A stretch of 64,000 nt of DNA from Podarcis muralis (Eukaryota), in the NCBI RefSeq assembly GCF_964188315.1, contig NC_135664.1, positions 59,334,001 through 59,398,000 of the forward strand. The letters are read 5' to 3'. The stretch's first letter is position 1. The number at the start of each line of letters is the position of its first letter. A program made the translations under genes and the position numbers. This document shows positions 50,949 through 64,000 of the stretch, in pieces. The notes beneath the pieces are model-generated. The model worked only from the letters and a program-made list of their open reading frames with translations, was not told where the DNA came from and did not search any database.

Positions 50949-52461
50949 TCTGTGTCTTTCTATAGCTTCTGCAGCATTGTGCACTTGTGTATAAGGTGGT
51001 AACTACTTTTTGGATCAACCTTTTCTTCCTGATGTCATCAGAATTGTATCCCATGCTGCCGCCAAGAGCTCCATCTAATGTCTTACATCCCCAAATAATT
51101 TCATTTTGTGTCCCTGGAGCAACCATGTGATAAAATGCTAACCTGAGAATATTTTTCTTTGAATGCTTCTCCCACAGCAAGTGAATATTTCATTATTCCT
51201 TGGGTGACTTATTTGAGCAGACAGGTAAAATAAACTTATTGGAAGGTATTGGAATAGGGAGTTAATAGCAAGCTACGATGTTCTAGATGTTTAATTTTTT
51301 TCTAAAAAGAAGATTGTACAAAATATTAAGTATAAAAAAGAAGGCACTGTTATCAGTATTGTTAGAGGAGTAAAGGCTGCTGATATATAATTCACCAAGC
51401 TTTGCTGCTATATAACCTACATTCAGTTTTATAGGACTCACCTTCCTTCTCCCAGGTAGTTCCATGGTTGTTGCACAGCCTACACTCTTTAGGCTCAACC
51501 ACACTTCATTTGTGCTGTGATTTCTAGTCATAGTTCCAATAAGTTCCCTTTTTCCTCTTTTTTTTTGTTTTTTTGTTTTTGTCCTACCGCTTTCCCTGGG
51601 AAAACCTGTGGTTTACTGCTGAACTGGGGTAAATGTTGATTGGCTTTTCTGCAGATTCAGCAGTAAACATTGGCTTTCCCCAGGGAAAGTGGCAGGACAA
51701 AAAAAGAACCTCTTGGACTCATGACTAGTAATCACAAACAGAAGTATGGATGAGCCCTGTTTACATTTACACAGGTAGACATACTGTTTTTAAAAGCTGA
51801 ATATCTTACCATGTGTTGCTGGCGGGGTGGGGTGGGACTTATATCATTTTAGTCACAAAGAAGATTATTGCATTCAGCTAATTAAAGTCATTAATATATT
51901 TTTATACAGTCTCTTATTAAATAATTTCTGACTACCATCAAAAGAAAACAATAGAACCTGATGAATGGACGCAAAACATTTTGATTATGTTTTTGTTTTT
52001 GACAGTCTTCTTCGAAAGTGGTAGATAAAAATGTTTCAAAATATTTTCAGTGTACTGACATTTTTTAAAAAAAGTTTTGAAGGAAATATCAGACTTTCTA
52101 AAGCCCAACTTTTCAGTTGGACCAGAAACAAAAGGTGACAGCTCTACTTTTCTCCCTGATGTGCAAGAAGGTGATTGTGTGGATGAATTATTAGAATAAA
52201 ATAATGTTTGGTGACATCTTGGATATCTTTCAACAATACAGGGCATACCATAAAACCTCATAAAGTTGTATAAAGTTCTGTGGTCTGAGGGGCTGCCAAA
52301 TCATCTGTCCAAACACATTGTGTCACCCCTGAGTAGTATAGATAGTATAGTAGTATAGTATAGATAGTATAGTAGTATAGTTCATTTTGGGTACTTTATT
52401 TGGAGAGCAGAAAAATATTAGGGGAGAAAATTGCAGCACTATGGATATAGATTGAATATGG

Positions 52462-52812
52462 TTAATTGAAATGGTGGAAGATTCAGGACAGACAGGAGTA
52501 AGTAAGCACTTCCTCACACAGCACACAGTTAAAACTATGAGATTTGCTATCACAAGATGACCGTCAACCTGGACAGCTCTTGAAAGGAATTAGACAAATC
52601 CATGGAGGATAAGGTTATCAATGATGACAAAGCAATGATAGCTATATTACCTCCAGTATCAGAGGAAGTGTTCTCTGAATACCAGTTGCTGTGAATCAGG
52701 AATGGGAGTGCTTTTGCACTAGGCATCAGGTTGGCCACAGTGAGAAAGAATGCGGAATAATATACGGTAGGCCTTTGGGCTTATCCATAAGGGCTCCTCT
52801 TATTATCTTATA
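52462..52812 (+). mobile_element. CR1 3' end
   Basis: GAAGATTCAGGACAGAC...GGAATTAGACAAATCCATGGAGGATAAGG...GGTTGGCCACAGTGAG...CTCTTTATTATCTTATA. Confidence 0.7.
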
Positions 52813-52821
52813 AGGTGGGGG

Positions 52822-52960
52822 AGGGGTTATTGGGTTGTTGCTGCTTTTATTTTGAGTATGTATTTTGAGGTTTTATATTTTGATTTTATTCTGTGAACCA
52901 CCCTGAGACCTGCAGATATAGGGTGGTATATAAATTCAATAAATAAATAAATAAATAAAT
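52822..52960 (+). mobile_element. L2-type 3' tail with (AATA)n
   Basis: TGTGAACCACCCTGAGACC...AGGGTGGTATATAAATTCAATAAATAAATAAAT. Confidence 0.55.
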
Positions 52961-53229
52961 TCTTATCCTGTTCTATGACCAGTGCTGGATGACACATTGT
53001 ATGCATCCTTCCAGCAACTCCTACAGCCAAGCTGGTGCCAAATGTATTTCTCTGCTTTCCTTTGGACCATATCAATGAGACTGAGAGGGAATATTGTTGT
53101 TTGGACAGGCCAGGACCTGTGACAATCCGGGGAGGTCACTTCAGTGCTGCTAATGCAGCTGTTTGGACCCCAGAGGCTCACTTCATTGTCTCTCGAGACA
53201 GATGCCAACATTTGCTTAGGATGTTTACG

Positions 53230-53398
53230 ATTATTTATTTATTTATTAGATTTCTATACTGCCCTTCATCCAAGGATCACAGGGTGGTTTGCAATATAAA
53301 AGCACAAAATACATACTATAGTAAACAAAAACAGTAAACCCCCTTCCCCCGCAGCTTAAAAGGCCATAGATTGCTTTATTATCCAAAGACCTAGGAGA
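53230..53398 (-). mobile_element. L2-type 3' tail
   Basis: TTATTTATTTATTAGATTTCTATACTGCCCTTCATCCAAGGATCACAGGGTGGTTTGCAA pattern. Confidence 0.55.
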
Positions 53399-55615
53399 TA
53401 ATATGCATAATAACAGTTAAATTTATGCTATGCTGGCTACCTAAGTGCTCTACTAAAGTCTGTAATTTTCATCAGGACCCATATTTTTAATTAAGCAAGG
53501 GCTTAAGGGCAACCACATTTTTTTGGCACTTTTTGACACAAGTCGAAATATTATGGGCTAACGACTCGTTACTGCTCTCTTTCCTGGTTTGGTTTAAAGA
53601 GCCCATTGCCTGTACCTTATGACTAGTGTGAGAGAGCTGCATCATGGAATAAGTAGATTTTTGTGTCTATGGGGAAGATGCTAGGCTCTAGTGGCTGAAT
53701 CACCCCTCAGAACCAGTAGTCATTCCTTACTGTAGAAAGACAGTATTAAAGATTTGGTGCTTCTAAGTCATTTAAAAGAGCAAATAAAAAGACCTGCCAT
53801 GGACAAACAATTGGTTGTAAAGGTCACAGATCCATGACAAGCTCACTATTCTGAAAGATAAAATAATATGGAGTAATGCCTTGATATCATAATTCTGCTT
53901 TAACATTATTTCTGTACTTCATAATCTTTCACATATATAATTTATCTTTCAAAATATATTCAAGTGACCTACAGAAGTTCACTTCCCTGCAGGTATCTTG
54001 AGGATTCTGCGAATACCCTCTGCATCCTCCACATCAGGATGTTGTGTTTCATTAAGTCTTCTATTCAAGTTATACAGGGCCTAGAAATGCACCAAATAGC
54101 CTACTGTGAAACATTCACAATTGTCTTCTAGAAAAGTATTTGTGGGACTCATATCATTCAACTTTATTATGTTAACTCATCTGAATTGTTCATAGTATCA
54201 AGAAGCCTTAAGATTCAGAATGATGACACACTGATGTGGAGTGTAGGAGAAAACATTACTTCTGCTTAGCTTCTTAACTGTCCTCTTTTGATGTATTAGA
54301 AATAATCAGTGGCTGTCAGCCTGTTAAATTTCATGTATGTTTTACACTCCCAAACTTATGTAACTGTAATGTATAGAGAACAAATCTTGTGTTATAGCAC
54401 TTGCTAATGGGTTACTCCCTGACCTGAGGTGGGCTGAAAAATGAGCAAGAAACAGGTTGTGTAAGTGAACTAATTCATACAATCCTTCCAGAATATAGTT
54501 TCATTTCAACCTGTGTTAAAATGGGTGTATGGTGAAATGGTCAACTTTTTCTTCTCTATGCATATAAATTACACGCAAACTTTGTGACAAACTCAAAAGG
54601 GGAAGAAACCTCACTGGCTTATCACTGGCTGACTAGTGACTATCCAGGTAGTGGGTTGATTCATAATGTGTGTACAACCATGTTTACCTGCATCCTAGCT
54701 TCTCAAGACTATTGTATGAATCTACTCTAAATCTCCTTTTTCACATTTGTGCTCTGCACCTAGATGACATGCTTTGGATGTTACCTGCCCTGTCCAAATC
54801 ATCAAGTGTTGAATAGAAGCAAAGGCTTTATACTGTATTTACGTTCTGTCTATATTTAGGGTGAATTGCTTGAGCCATAAGTGTGATTGTTTTACAAAAT
54901 GCCCAGCGTGTAAGGCAACCACAAAGCTTCCATAGAGGGTAGAGTGATAGTATGGTACATGTTGACTAAATTACCCAATGAAACAATAATATAACTTGCT
55001 ATTCCACATGCAAAGCAATGTGTGCATTTATTTAACTAACATCTCAGTATGCCAGGATGGTTGTGTGGATTGTTCCTAATTTTGCATCCTAGAATGTTAG
55101 GACAACATTGCCCTAGAGCTCTAGCATTGTAGTTATTCACAATCACTTTTTAATTACCTTGTCTCTGGCTTTTCCTCAACACAGCTCTTTCGTTTTTTGC
55201 TCATTTCCTGCCCATAAAGCATATTCCTGTTTGGACTGTGCACTGTTCTTTAAATCAGGATTTTAAAAAATAAAAATAAAAAGCTTGTATATGGAAAGAC
55301 AGTTGTGCACAAAAACAGACCAAGGAAAGCAGAATGGGATGTGTGTCTGTGTGACTTTATTTTGTGGAAGTTTAAAGTTTAGGGGGCTGTGCCAGATGGA
55401 AATGTCAATAAGAGGTATCTTTGTGGGATGTAAAAATTGTTCAGGAAATTTGTATCACATTGTTTGAAACAAACAGGTTAAACTTCAGGAAAATGTTATC
55501 TTAGGGCTTTTCCTCTGGTCACAATTCATTTTCCTTATTAATTTATGCTTTTTTGCTAAGCAAGCACCTTCACTGCCAGGAACTGCACATTTGTGTATTG
55601 CAGACCAATTACTGA

Positions 55616-55738
<123 letters not shown>

Positions 55739-56384
55739 TGAGTTTAACCATGTTTATGCTTGTATCTTCCTTATTCCACCATGGAGTCTGACGGATAGTT
55801 AAAGAGTAAACCTTAAAAACTTTCTTCAGAATTTGCATTGCCAGAGACTCATTCTTCTTAAATTAGAATGAGAGAACATTTTGAATTAGATATTCCCTTC
55901 CAGGTCCTGGTCCAGCATTCTAATCACTGTGTCACACTGTGGTGTTCTGGAATTAGATATTCCCTTGTTCTAGAACTTCAGAGCTTCCCATAGAACATTA
56001 TTTGTGTCACAAAATAGCTGCTACTTTGCATAGAACAGAGTCCAACTTTCATTGTCTTCCATTTATACTTGTTTTTTATTTGAAATACATAAATATGGAC
56101 TCTGAGAAGAGCTGTGTGAGATTATGGCTTCTGAAAGTGCTTTTCCTGTGATAAATTTCCCACACAGCTCACTCTGCAGGGTGCTTTCAAGACGCCTTTC
56201 AGATTGCTTTTGACACTGTAGGAAAAATTAAAAGGACACTGAATGCCAAGCCTCACTTTTCTGTCCCACGTCCCATAGTGTCTTTTATTGAGCAATGTAA
56301 AATTCAAACAATGGTGGCACCAGAACAGTATATTTGGGTCAATGAAGGGGCAAGGTGTGGTTTGGGATGAGGGGACAGGCTATT

Positions 56385-56547
56385 ATAATAATAATGTAAT
56401 AATAATAATTTATTATTTATACCCCACCCATCTGGCCGGGCCTCCCCAGCCACTCTGGGCGGCTTCCAACAAAATATTAAAATACAGTAATGCATCAAAC
56501 ATTAAAAGCTTCCCTAAACAGGGCTGCCTTCAGATGTCTTCTAAAAG
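56385..56547 (-). mobile_element. L2 3' end with (TTA)n tail
   Basis: ATAATAATAATTTATTATTTATACCCCACCCATCTGGCCGGGCCTCCCCAGCCACTCTGGGCGGCTTCCAAC...CCTAAACAGGGCTGCCTTCAGATGTCTTCTAAAAG (minus strand LLEDI*RQPCLG, a degenerate LF..AF end). A short sister copy lies at about 60703-60758. Confidence 0.75.
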
Positions 56548-58945
56548 ACTATGTCTCATGTCTAATATTTCTGGAAGAAAAATAATGGTATATTTCATAT
56601 TAAATATATAAGTGTGAGCTGTTTGTCTGAAGGGTGCTTGCCCCCGCTCCCATTTCCTTTCTGGCACTGCCTATGGGCATGAAAGGAAATGTGTTATTTT
56701 GAAGTCTGCACCATGTTTTCTGTTAGCTCTAGCATACCAAAATGAAGAGCAGTTCAAAACCAGGTTATTGACTTTCCACGGGTATCCTCCAGATGAGGGT
56801 ATTTTGTTTGATAACTCGTCTATACAAGTTACACAGGAGACTTGGGCAAGGTGTAAAAGGAGGAGGGTTTAGTTAGGTATAAAGGAAGCAGGTTTGGCAA
56901 TGTGGTGTTGGCAGGGCGGTAGTGGGTTGGTGAGCAAAGCAAACAGGGACACCAGCCCCTAGTATTGATATTTGTGGTGGCTAAGGGAGGTCCTGAAAAC
57001 TCAATATTTTCCATGAGTTTGCCCTAAATATATCACCAGAAGGGACTTCTGCCATCAAGAACATGGCCCAGAATCCTCTCTCTCCTAGGTTCATTTCCAA
57101 ACAAGTTTTGGTGACTCAATTCTGCTGTTGTGTTAAATCCCATGACAACAGCAAAACTAAACAAAGAACGTAATTTTTTGGGGGTCATTTTAGAATTACT
57201 TTTTGTTGCCTTAAGATCCATGACGTTGACAGGAAGAGTTGAGCAGTGGAGGAAATATGTCTTCATCATATCTTTGTAAGAATTGTTTGGGGGAAATTAG
57301 GCTATCTTCTGAAAAGTATGGACACTCTCTATGGAAATATTCAATGTATGAGCTCAGGATTACTTTTTGCAGTAACAAGTAGCTTCCTATATGTAAATAA
57401 ATATATAATTGAATATTTGCTTCTGTAGTGCCCCCACTGTCTGTACAGGCCTGCCCTCTAGCACATAGTATTCAAGGACATACTGCTTCTGACCCTGTAG
57501 TTCCTACAGAACCATCATGACTAAAATACCTTGAAGGACTATATCTTCCATGAATTTGTCTAATCTCCCTTTAATGTAATCTACATAGTAGTAAATTCAG
57601 TAAATTAACCATCTGTTGTGTGAATAAATACCTTCAAAGAGAATCAGTAGGATTGTTAGTTTGAGGTAGAATGTAGGTCTATGAAAATGCTGAATAACAA
57701 AAAATGGTGTGAATTTCCATCACTGTTGTTTTGAGAGATCTTAGCTGTCTCCAATAGTTTTTAAAGTCATTTCAGCTAGAAAAGCACACACGCTTTCTGT
57801 CACACACATACACAAAATTTTGGATGTTATTAGGTAACCTGTTGGCATGGTAGAGATGCTTAACTGCAGCGTCTAATGCACTAGAGATACAATTATCACA
57901 TGCATGATGTGTGGAAGAACTGCCACATCTGTTAGCTTAATTAAATAAAATGTTATTCAAAATGCCACTCAGCCCCTTTGGTGAAAAGTAAAGAGATAAC
58001 ATTGAATTTACCCAGTGGGATTATGAGCAATTTTAAATTCATTTTCCCACTGAGGGCCAGTTTAACATTTTAAGGTGTCCCTAAGCACTGATAATTTGCA
58101 GACCCATTAATGTTCATTGTTGATCTGCCCCCTGTTGCAGTGCAAGGATACCAAGTGGAACCCTTGCTCCAGTTAAACAAACCTACTTTTTTACTTTTAT
58201 TTATCTTCTGCACAGTCAGTTCAACAGTTAAAACAACTTTCCATTTCCTCCAGAGACATTAACATATCAGGTGTAATATTCAGAATACAGTCCAGTTAAC
58301 TAAACCACATTAACCTCCCCCCCACCCACCAAAGTATAGTATGGTTATTTCTTGAGGTGGTAGAAGTATGGCTTTTCTTAACTGTGTTGTAAGGAATAGC
58401 CAGTGAAAACAGGGATCCCTAAAATTAAATTCAAGGATGAATCTAACATTGATTCTGCTTCTCAGTGTTTTGCTCCTAACTGCCTTTCTCCCTAGACAAT
58501 TGTTCCATTTTCTTCCTTTGTTAACTTTTCTCTTTGACCTCTTTTCTTCCTACTCCCCAGTTTTCCCTCTGTAAAGGCTGTAATATGTTGCTTTTTCACA
58601 ATCCTGAGATCTTTTTCTTTTGTTTTCTTATCCCCCCAAATCAGAATCATTTTGACCTTTGTGATGTCTGACAAACATTTTAAAACAAATGGGAGTTTCT
58701 ACTAAAGTTACTGTTCCATCTCCACACCTTTTCTGTTTCCCATCCATATACTTACAGATCTAACAATACACCAACACTGCCCTGTTCCCTCATCATAACC
58801 CTGTTCCCTTCCCAAAATTATTAAGTATTAAACAACAACAAATTGAGTAAATCAATTATCTTCTTTATGGTAATTATCTCTACTCCATCATTTTATTTAT
58901 TCATTACATTTACATCTCATACTTCCTTCAAGAAGCATACATATA

Positions 58946-59187
58946 CAGTGGTACCTCGGGTTACATACGCTTCAGGTTACAGACGCTTCAGGTTACAGAC
59001 TCCGCTAATCCAGAAATAGTATCTCGGATTAAGAACTTTGCTTCAGGATAAGAACAGAAATCGGGCTCCAGCAGCACGGCGGCAGCGGGAGGCCCCATTA
59101 GCTAAAGTGGTGCTTCATGTTAAGAAGAGTTTCAGGTTAAGAATGGACCTCCAGAATGAATTAAGTTCTTAACCAGAGGTACCACTG
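58946..59187 (+). mobile_element. Tc1/mariner (Tigger-like) MITE, copy D
   Basis: TA-CAGTGGTACCTC...GAGGTACCACTG-TA. Confidence 0.92.
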
Positions 59188-59368
59188 TACCTCCTCCCAC
59201 TACCACCCTCATTTTATCATCACAGCACCTCAGTGGATAGATTAGGTTGGGCCAAGAGTTAGTGCTTGGCCCAAGGTCATCTTTTAAGCATCATGAATAT
59301 AGTGGAAATGTATCTACTCATGTATCTACTCTGAACTTAACCCAAATATAAACTTAAGTAACTAAAAT

Positions 59369-59602
59369 AACCTAGCAGTTCAAAAGCACGTCAAAGTGCA
59401 AATAGATAAATAGGTACCACTACGGCGGGAAGGTAAATGGCATTTCTGTGTGCTGGTCTGGTTCGCCAGAAGCGGCTTAGTCAGGCTGGCGACATGACCC
59501 GGAAGCTGTACGCTGGCTCCCTCGGCCAGTAAAGTGAGATGAGCGCCACAACCCCAGAGTCGTCCATGGCTGGACCTAACAGTCAGGGGTCCCTTTACCT
59601 TT
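59369..59602 (+). mobile_element. 5'-truncated Sauria SINE
   Basis: AACCTAGCAGTTCAAAAGCAC...GAGATGAGCGCCACAACCCCAGAGTC...GGGGTCCCTTTACCTTT aligns to the 3' two-thirds of the 22193 copy. Confidence 0.85.
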
Positions 59603-61647
59603 TTAACTAAAGTAACTCTTAAGTTCAAAGTTAATTCCAAGTCTGCAAGTCAGAAGAAAGCTTAGCCAAGTGGTTACTTGGATCCCTTAGTTCCAGCGAA
59701 TAATGAGAAATGAATAAGCAAAGGTGAATATTAAGCAAAAATGAATAATTTTGTACTTTGGTTCTAGTTAGAGATGGGACCACCATAGTGGGATGATAAC
59801 CGTATTAACCAATCAGTGGTGAGATATGCACCTCTCCCAATTTGCTTCACATTTTGTTTTGGAAACATCTAACTTCTATCCTCGTACACTCCCTTTGTTC
59901 CTCAAATGTTGTGCATGTTATCTGGCTGCTAGGTTTTTTCTTGGTGCATCTTTGAGCTTCTGTGCTATTGTCAAGATTATTCGCATCATGTTCATAGCAT
60001 TGTTATAGGTTCACCAGCCCTGGCACTGTCAAGCAAGAACATTTTTGTACCCATTTGCAATGCAAGTGCCATCATTGCACAAGAGTCCATCAAGGCAACA
60101 GGTTGCACTCCTGTTCTAATCCCACTGTCGTCATCATCATCATCATTTTTTATTTGTATGCTGCCTTTCCAGAGTTAAAAAACAATCCTCAAGGCGGCTT
60201 ACAGCATAACAAGATTTACATAATTACAAAAGACATAAACAAATAAACCACATCAAAAAAAATACACAACCAAATGGGAAAAAATTTCCACATAAATCAA
60301 AATCTAAAACTAAGAATACAGCATTATATCACAGTTTAAAATAACAAAGGTAAAAAATACCAGCAATTTAAACAAACAAAAACAAAACAAAACGGAGCCC
60401 GCTCTGCCTAGCAGCGGCAGCGGCAGCGGCAGCAGTCCTTTATAGAGCCCATCAGGCCTCGCCCTGGGCCAGGTGGTGAGTGGCAGGACGGGGGCCCTCA
60501 GGCGCTGAGCAGGGGAGTCCTCCTGGGTGGCAGCTATCTGCCCATGTATTACTTATAACACTACAAAAGAGAGGTGCACTCTGTTTGGAGCATCTTTTGC
60601 TGATATCTTCCTATCTCTTAAATATTTTCTTCATGTGGAAACAGATAAGAATGGTTGTCTACATGGGGACAAGAACATTTTGCAGCACGATTTGGGACAG
60701 CATTATTATTATTACTACCACCCCACCCATCTGGCTGGGTTCCCCCAGCCGCTCTGGGGAACTAGGTTGTATAGTTGCTGTTTGCTGTTTGCCACATTGG
60801 TATAGATGTGGCTGTTTGCCACATCTATACCAATGATATAAATTGGTGTCTTTTTCAAGCGAGTTTAAGACTGATATTAACTGTTATAAGATATATGTTA
60901 CCTTCTTAGCACTGTCTGCATGACTATTGGCCACAAGATGCCTATTTGAAAATCCTGCCCATGCTGTCGATGATGCCAGCTGGATGCATGTAGCTGCCAC
61001 TGTCTGGAAGTCTGGCAAAGAGTTTAATGCCATGTATACTAGCAGTTCCACTTATCTTGCTGGCCACAGGAAAAAACCTTGCTTTAAGAAGATTTATAAG
61101 CAGTTTTCACAGTGATCATATGAATCAGTTTCTAGACTAGAAACTAGGGCAGGGTATAAATAAAAATTATTATTATTATTATTATTAGACTGAGCCTTAA
61201 AGGAACTAAATCTATGCAATTCAGGAAGAACCTATTAATTACTCAATGGACAGGCTCCTTGAAAAAAGGGGTGGTGGCAGTGGGACATGGTGCTTTTGGA
61301 ATCTTAGCCCTTAAATAAGCCATCAGTCATATCTATCTGATTCCTACCACCATCACATTTATACCCCTTCCCCCATGTTTGGCTATAATGGACAGCGGAT
61401 AAGCCTTCAACAGTTCCTTCCCACTAGATTGTGGATATAATCCTCAAAACATTTAGAATGACGCAGTTTAGGTGGTTTGCTGCTATATATCATCATCCTG
61501 TATTGATTTTTGGCCTCAATGACAAAAATAAATTAAAATCTGTATAGAATCTGCAACTATTTCTTATTTTGTTCTTTCTCTTTGCATGGAAATTAAGAGA
61601 ACAGATCATATGCTTAAGATACAGTTAATTTTTTTCCTCTCTTTCAG

Positions 61648-61674
61648 GCACCGGATATCTAAATCTAAGTTTAG
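61648..61674 (+). CDS. CACNA1C: Cav1.2 exon 11 (27-nt microexon)
   Basis: ctttcag|GCACCGGATATCTAAATCTAAGTTTAG|gtaagc, phase 2-2. Translates (A)HRISKSKF(S). Confidence 0.95.
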
Positions 61675-63765
61675 GTAAGCACTGCAACAGCTTTTTTAAA
61701 AAAACAAAAAACAAAACAAAAAACAAAACAAAACCACCCTATCTTTTCTGAAGCTTTGAATGAACATTCCATCTATCTTCTTGTTGCTCCTGTTGTAACT
61801 AGTAATGGCAATGATATAGTGCCAGCTAAAGATTTTGATTAGTAGGCTGCTGAGTTACTTCCTTTACCACTCTGATGAAGAGGAAATCTAATTAAGATTG
61901 GAGTGGTTAACAAGACTAGCTTCCACATTGGCGCCCCTATGGCTGTTGAAGCCATGATGAAGTGAAAACCCATTAAGAAAGAAAAGGAAGTAAGTAATTA
62001 GAGGAGACTAAGAGTCAGGGCAATAGGTACAAGAGGCCTGTATGGGGCTGGTCTCCCAGGGCTTCTCCAGGCCTTTCCTTGACTATGCAGCTTTCACTGA
62101 AAAGGTAGTTCTTCAGTGATTTGCTGCTCCCTCATGAGAACTTCTGAGTGTGTTGTGGGTAGGTGTCAAATGTGTTCATATATTTAGTAATGTCATAAGG
62201 CAACCTTCCCCAATCTTCTTGTTGTACTACAAACCCCCATTGTCCCTAATAATTGGCCATGTTGGCTAGGAATTGGGTGGGTAGGGGCAAGATTGGAGAA
62301 GTCTGCCATAAGATGTTCTTTAATAAGAATTGTAGAGGAGCACCTGTTTGTCTCATAAAGTGTTGCCGTAAGATTCACATGTGTTTATAGCATGTTATTT
62401 TACTGGTTGCTGATTTATAATGTATTTTGTGCTTATCCATAGCAAGAGATTGAGAGAGATAGGCATGGCCAAGGAAGATGCACATGCCACTTTATATGAG
62501 CTTTAAACACACAAACCCAAACCCGTTGCCTTTATTATCCAGGAGCCAAGTGTTGCTTGGAAACTGGTTGCTAGGCAAGCTAAATTGTGAAGAGTAGGGG
62601 CTGTATAATTAGCTTTAAATACTTGGTGTGGTTAGTAATTACTCCCAGAAATCACTGTGACACTCGTGAGGGGCTGCGTGTTCCAGGAAACATAACATAG
62701 CATTGTACTAACGCTCTGTCTCAGCAAATAGTAGCCCTAGCTTTGGGTTCAAAGGACAAAACGCTAGACCTTGCTAACACAGTTTCTGAAAATAATTCTG
62801 GGCAAGGCAGTTTCTGTTGTTGTTGGGATCTTGATGGCTGTTAACCTTTGCTATGAAATTCTGAATAGTTACAATTTATATTAGAGAGACAGGAAAGGGA
62901 CAACTTTTCCATTGACTTCTATAGGCAAATATTATGCCAGTAGTTATTTGGTAATTGAGAGATTAATGTTTTATGTAAAAAAGCCAGGGGAACATCTGTA
63001 GCTGCTGGTAGATGGAGCATCCTAGCCACCAACACTAACTACCCATTTTGGGGTGTTTAGAGCTCATCTTCATAAATTGGTTTCAAACTGAACAGCAGAG
63101 GTTGAACTTGGTGTTTGGGTCAGTGGCTTTGTGTGGTCTTGACTTCCATATGAAGAGAAAGCAAAATAGGAAGCAATAAACAGCTTCTTTTACCCTTATC
63201 CAAGAGAATATTCTTTTTTAGATTTGGGCCCAAGCTACTGCTGATTAAAAGGGGTATGTGTGTGTGCAACTGCAGTAAAGAATTTTCATCCCTTTGCATC
63301 CCTATGTAAGTGTCCATTTTGTATAAAATCTTGCTATTCACAACTAGTAAAATGAAATTTAAAGCAAGAATGAAAACAGAGCTTGCACTATGATTTGTAG
63401 CTTGCTACAAATGTGTGCACATTGTGCTATGAAGTCAGTGCAACACAGGCTGGGCTATTCAAGAGACATAGTCTGCCTGTTTTCATAAGCAGTCCATGCC
63501 CAAGAGGGCCTCTTGTAGGAATACTATCAAGGCTCTGTAGGCTTCACTGGACCACTGGACAACTATACTGAACAATGTGCAAATATGTTGTCTTTTGCTT
63601 CTTTCATTCCATGTCCAGGCAAACATAGAAAACACTCCTCTAGGAAACTAGGCCAGTAAATACAAATTAATAATTGGAGGTCAAAGGTGACCTCATATGG
63701 TTTTGTAAACAACTTGTTTGGTGCATGGAGCAATCATAATTACAGGTTTCTTTTCATTTTTCAAG

Positions 63766-63926
63766 CCGCTACTGGCGTAGATGGAATCGGTTCTGCAGAC
63801 GGAAATGTCGAGCTGCTGTCAAATCCAATGTGTTCTACTGGCTCGTGATCTTCCTTGTGTTTCTTAACACCCTCACAATTGCCTCTGAACATTATAACCA
63901 GTCAGATTGGCTCACTGAAGTCCAAG
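63766..63926 (+). CDS. CACNA1C: Cav1.2 exon 12 (161 nt): end of I-II loop and IIS1
   Basis: tttcaag|CCGC...CCAAG|gtatgg, phase 2-1. Translates (S)[53 protein letters not shown](D). Confidence 0.97.
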
Positions 63927-64000
63927 GTATGGAGGATTCTGTTTTGTTAAAATAATGCTGTGTTTTATTTATGAGAATGTACATAATATTATAGTTAATT

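Noticed and set aside
60446-60475. 30-nt in-frame segment before a strong GTG|gtgagt donor in a GC-rich patch (60390-60545)
   Set aside because: There is almost no polypyrimidine tract and it sits among repeat-derived sequence; no supportable homology.

Overview
Eukaryotic genomic DNA from a squamate reptile, probably a lacertid lizard. That assignment is inferred from the Sauria SINE, Squam3-like SINE, BovB, CR1 and L2 repeat content. The window is an internal part of CACNA1C (Cav1.2 L-type calcium channel alpha-1C) on the + strand. I located the coding exons by hand from splice sites, phases and translation, using human exon numbering: exon 6 (11877-12035), exon 7 (15943-16139), the mutually exclusive pair 8a (34094-34197) and 8 (34588-34691), exon 9 (37467-37639), the alternative 75-nt exon 9* (50790-50864), exon 10 (55647-55737), exon 11 (61648-61674) and exon 12 (63766-63926). 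All have AG/GT boundaries and compatible phases. Together they encode IS5, the domain I pore loop, IS6, the I-II loop with the beta-subunit AID, and IIS1. The ORF track gives the correct frame only for exons 6, 8a and 9. The other ~98% of the window is intron containing SINE, LINE, MITE and LTR-like remnants, microsatellites and one 149-N gap. I found no prokaryotic-type system, CRISPR array or intact autonomous transposon, and nothing I can honestly call a new biological system. The best leads are: the splicing code around 8a/8, 9* and exon 11; a Timothy-syndrome-type CpG retained in both IS6 exons; a D-to-G change in exon 8; a tandem MITE pair sharing one TA; and inverted repeat pairs that bracket exons 8a-10. 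Repeat family names and human sequence comparisons come from recall and need database confirmation. Repeat boundaries without a target-site duplication (TSD) are approximate.
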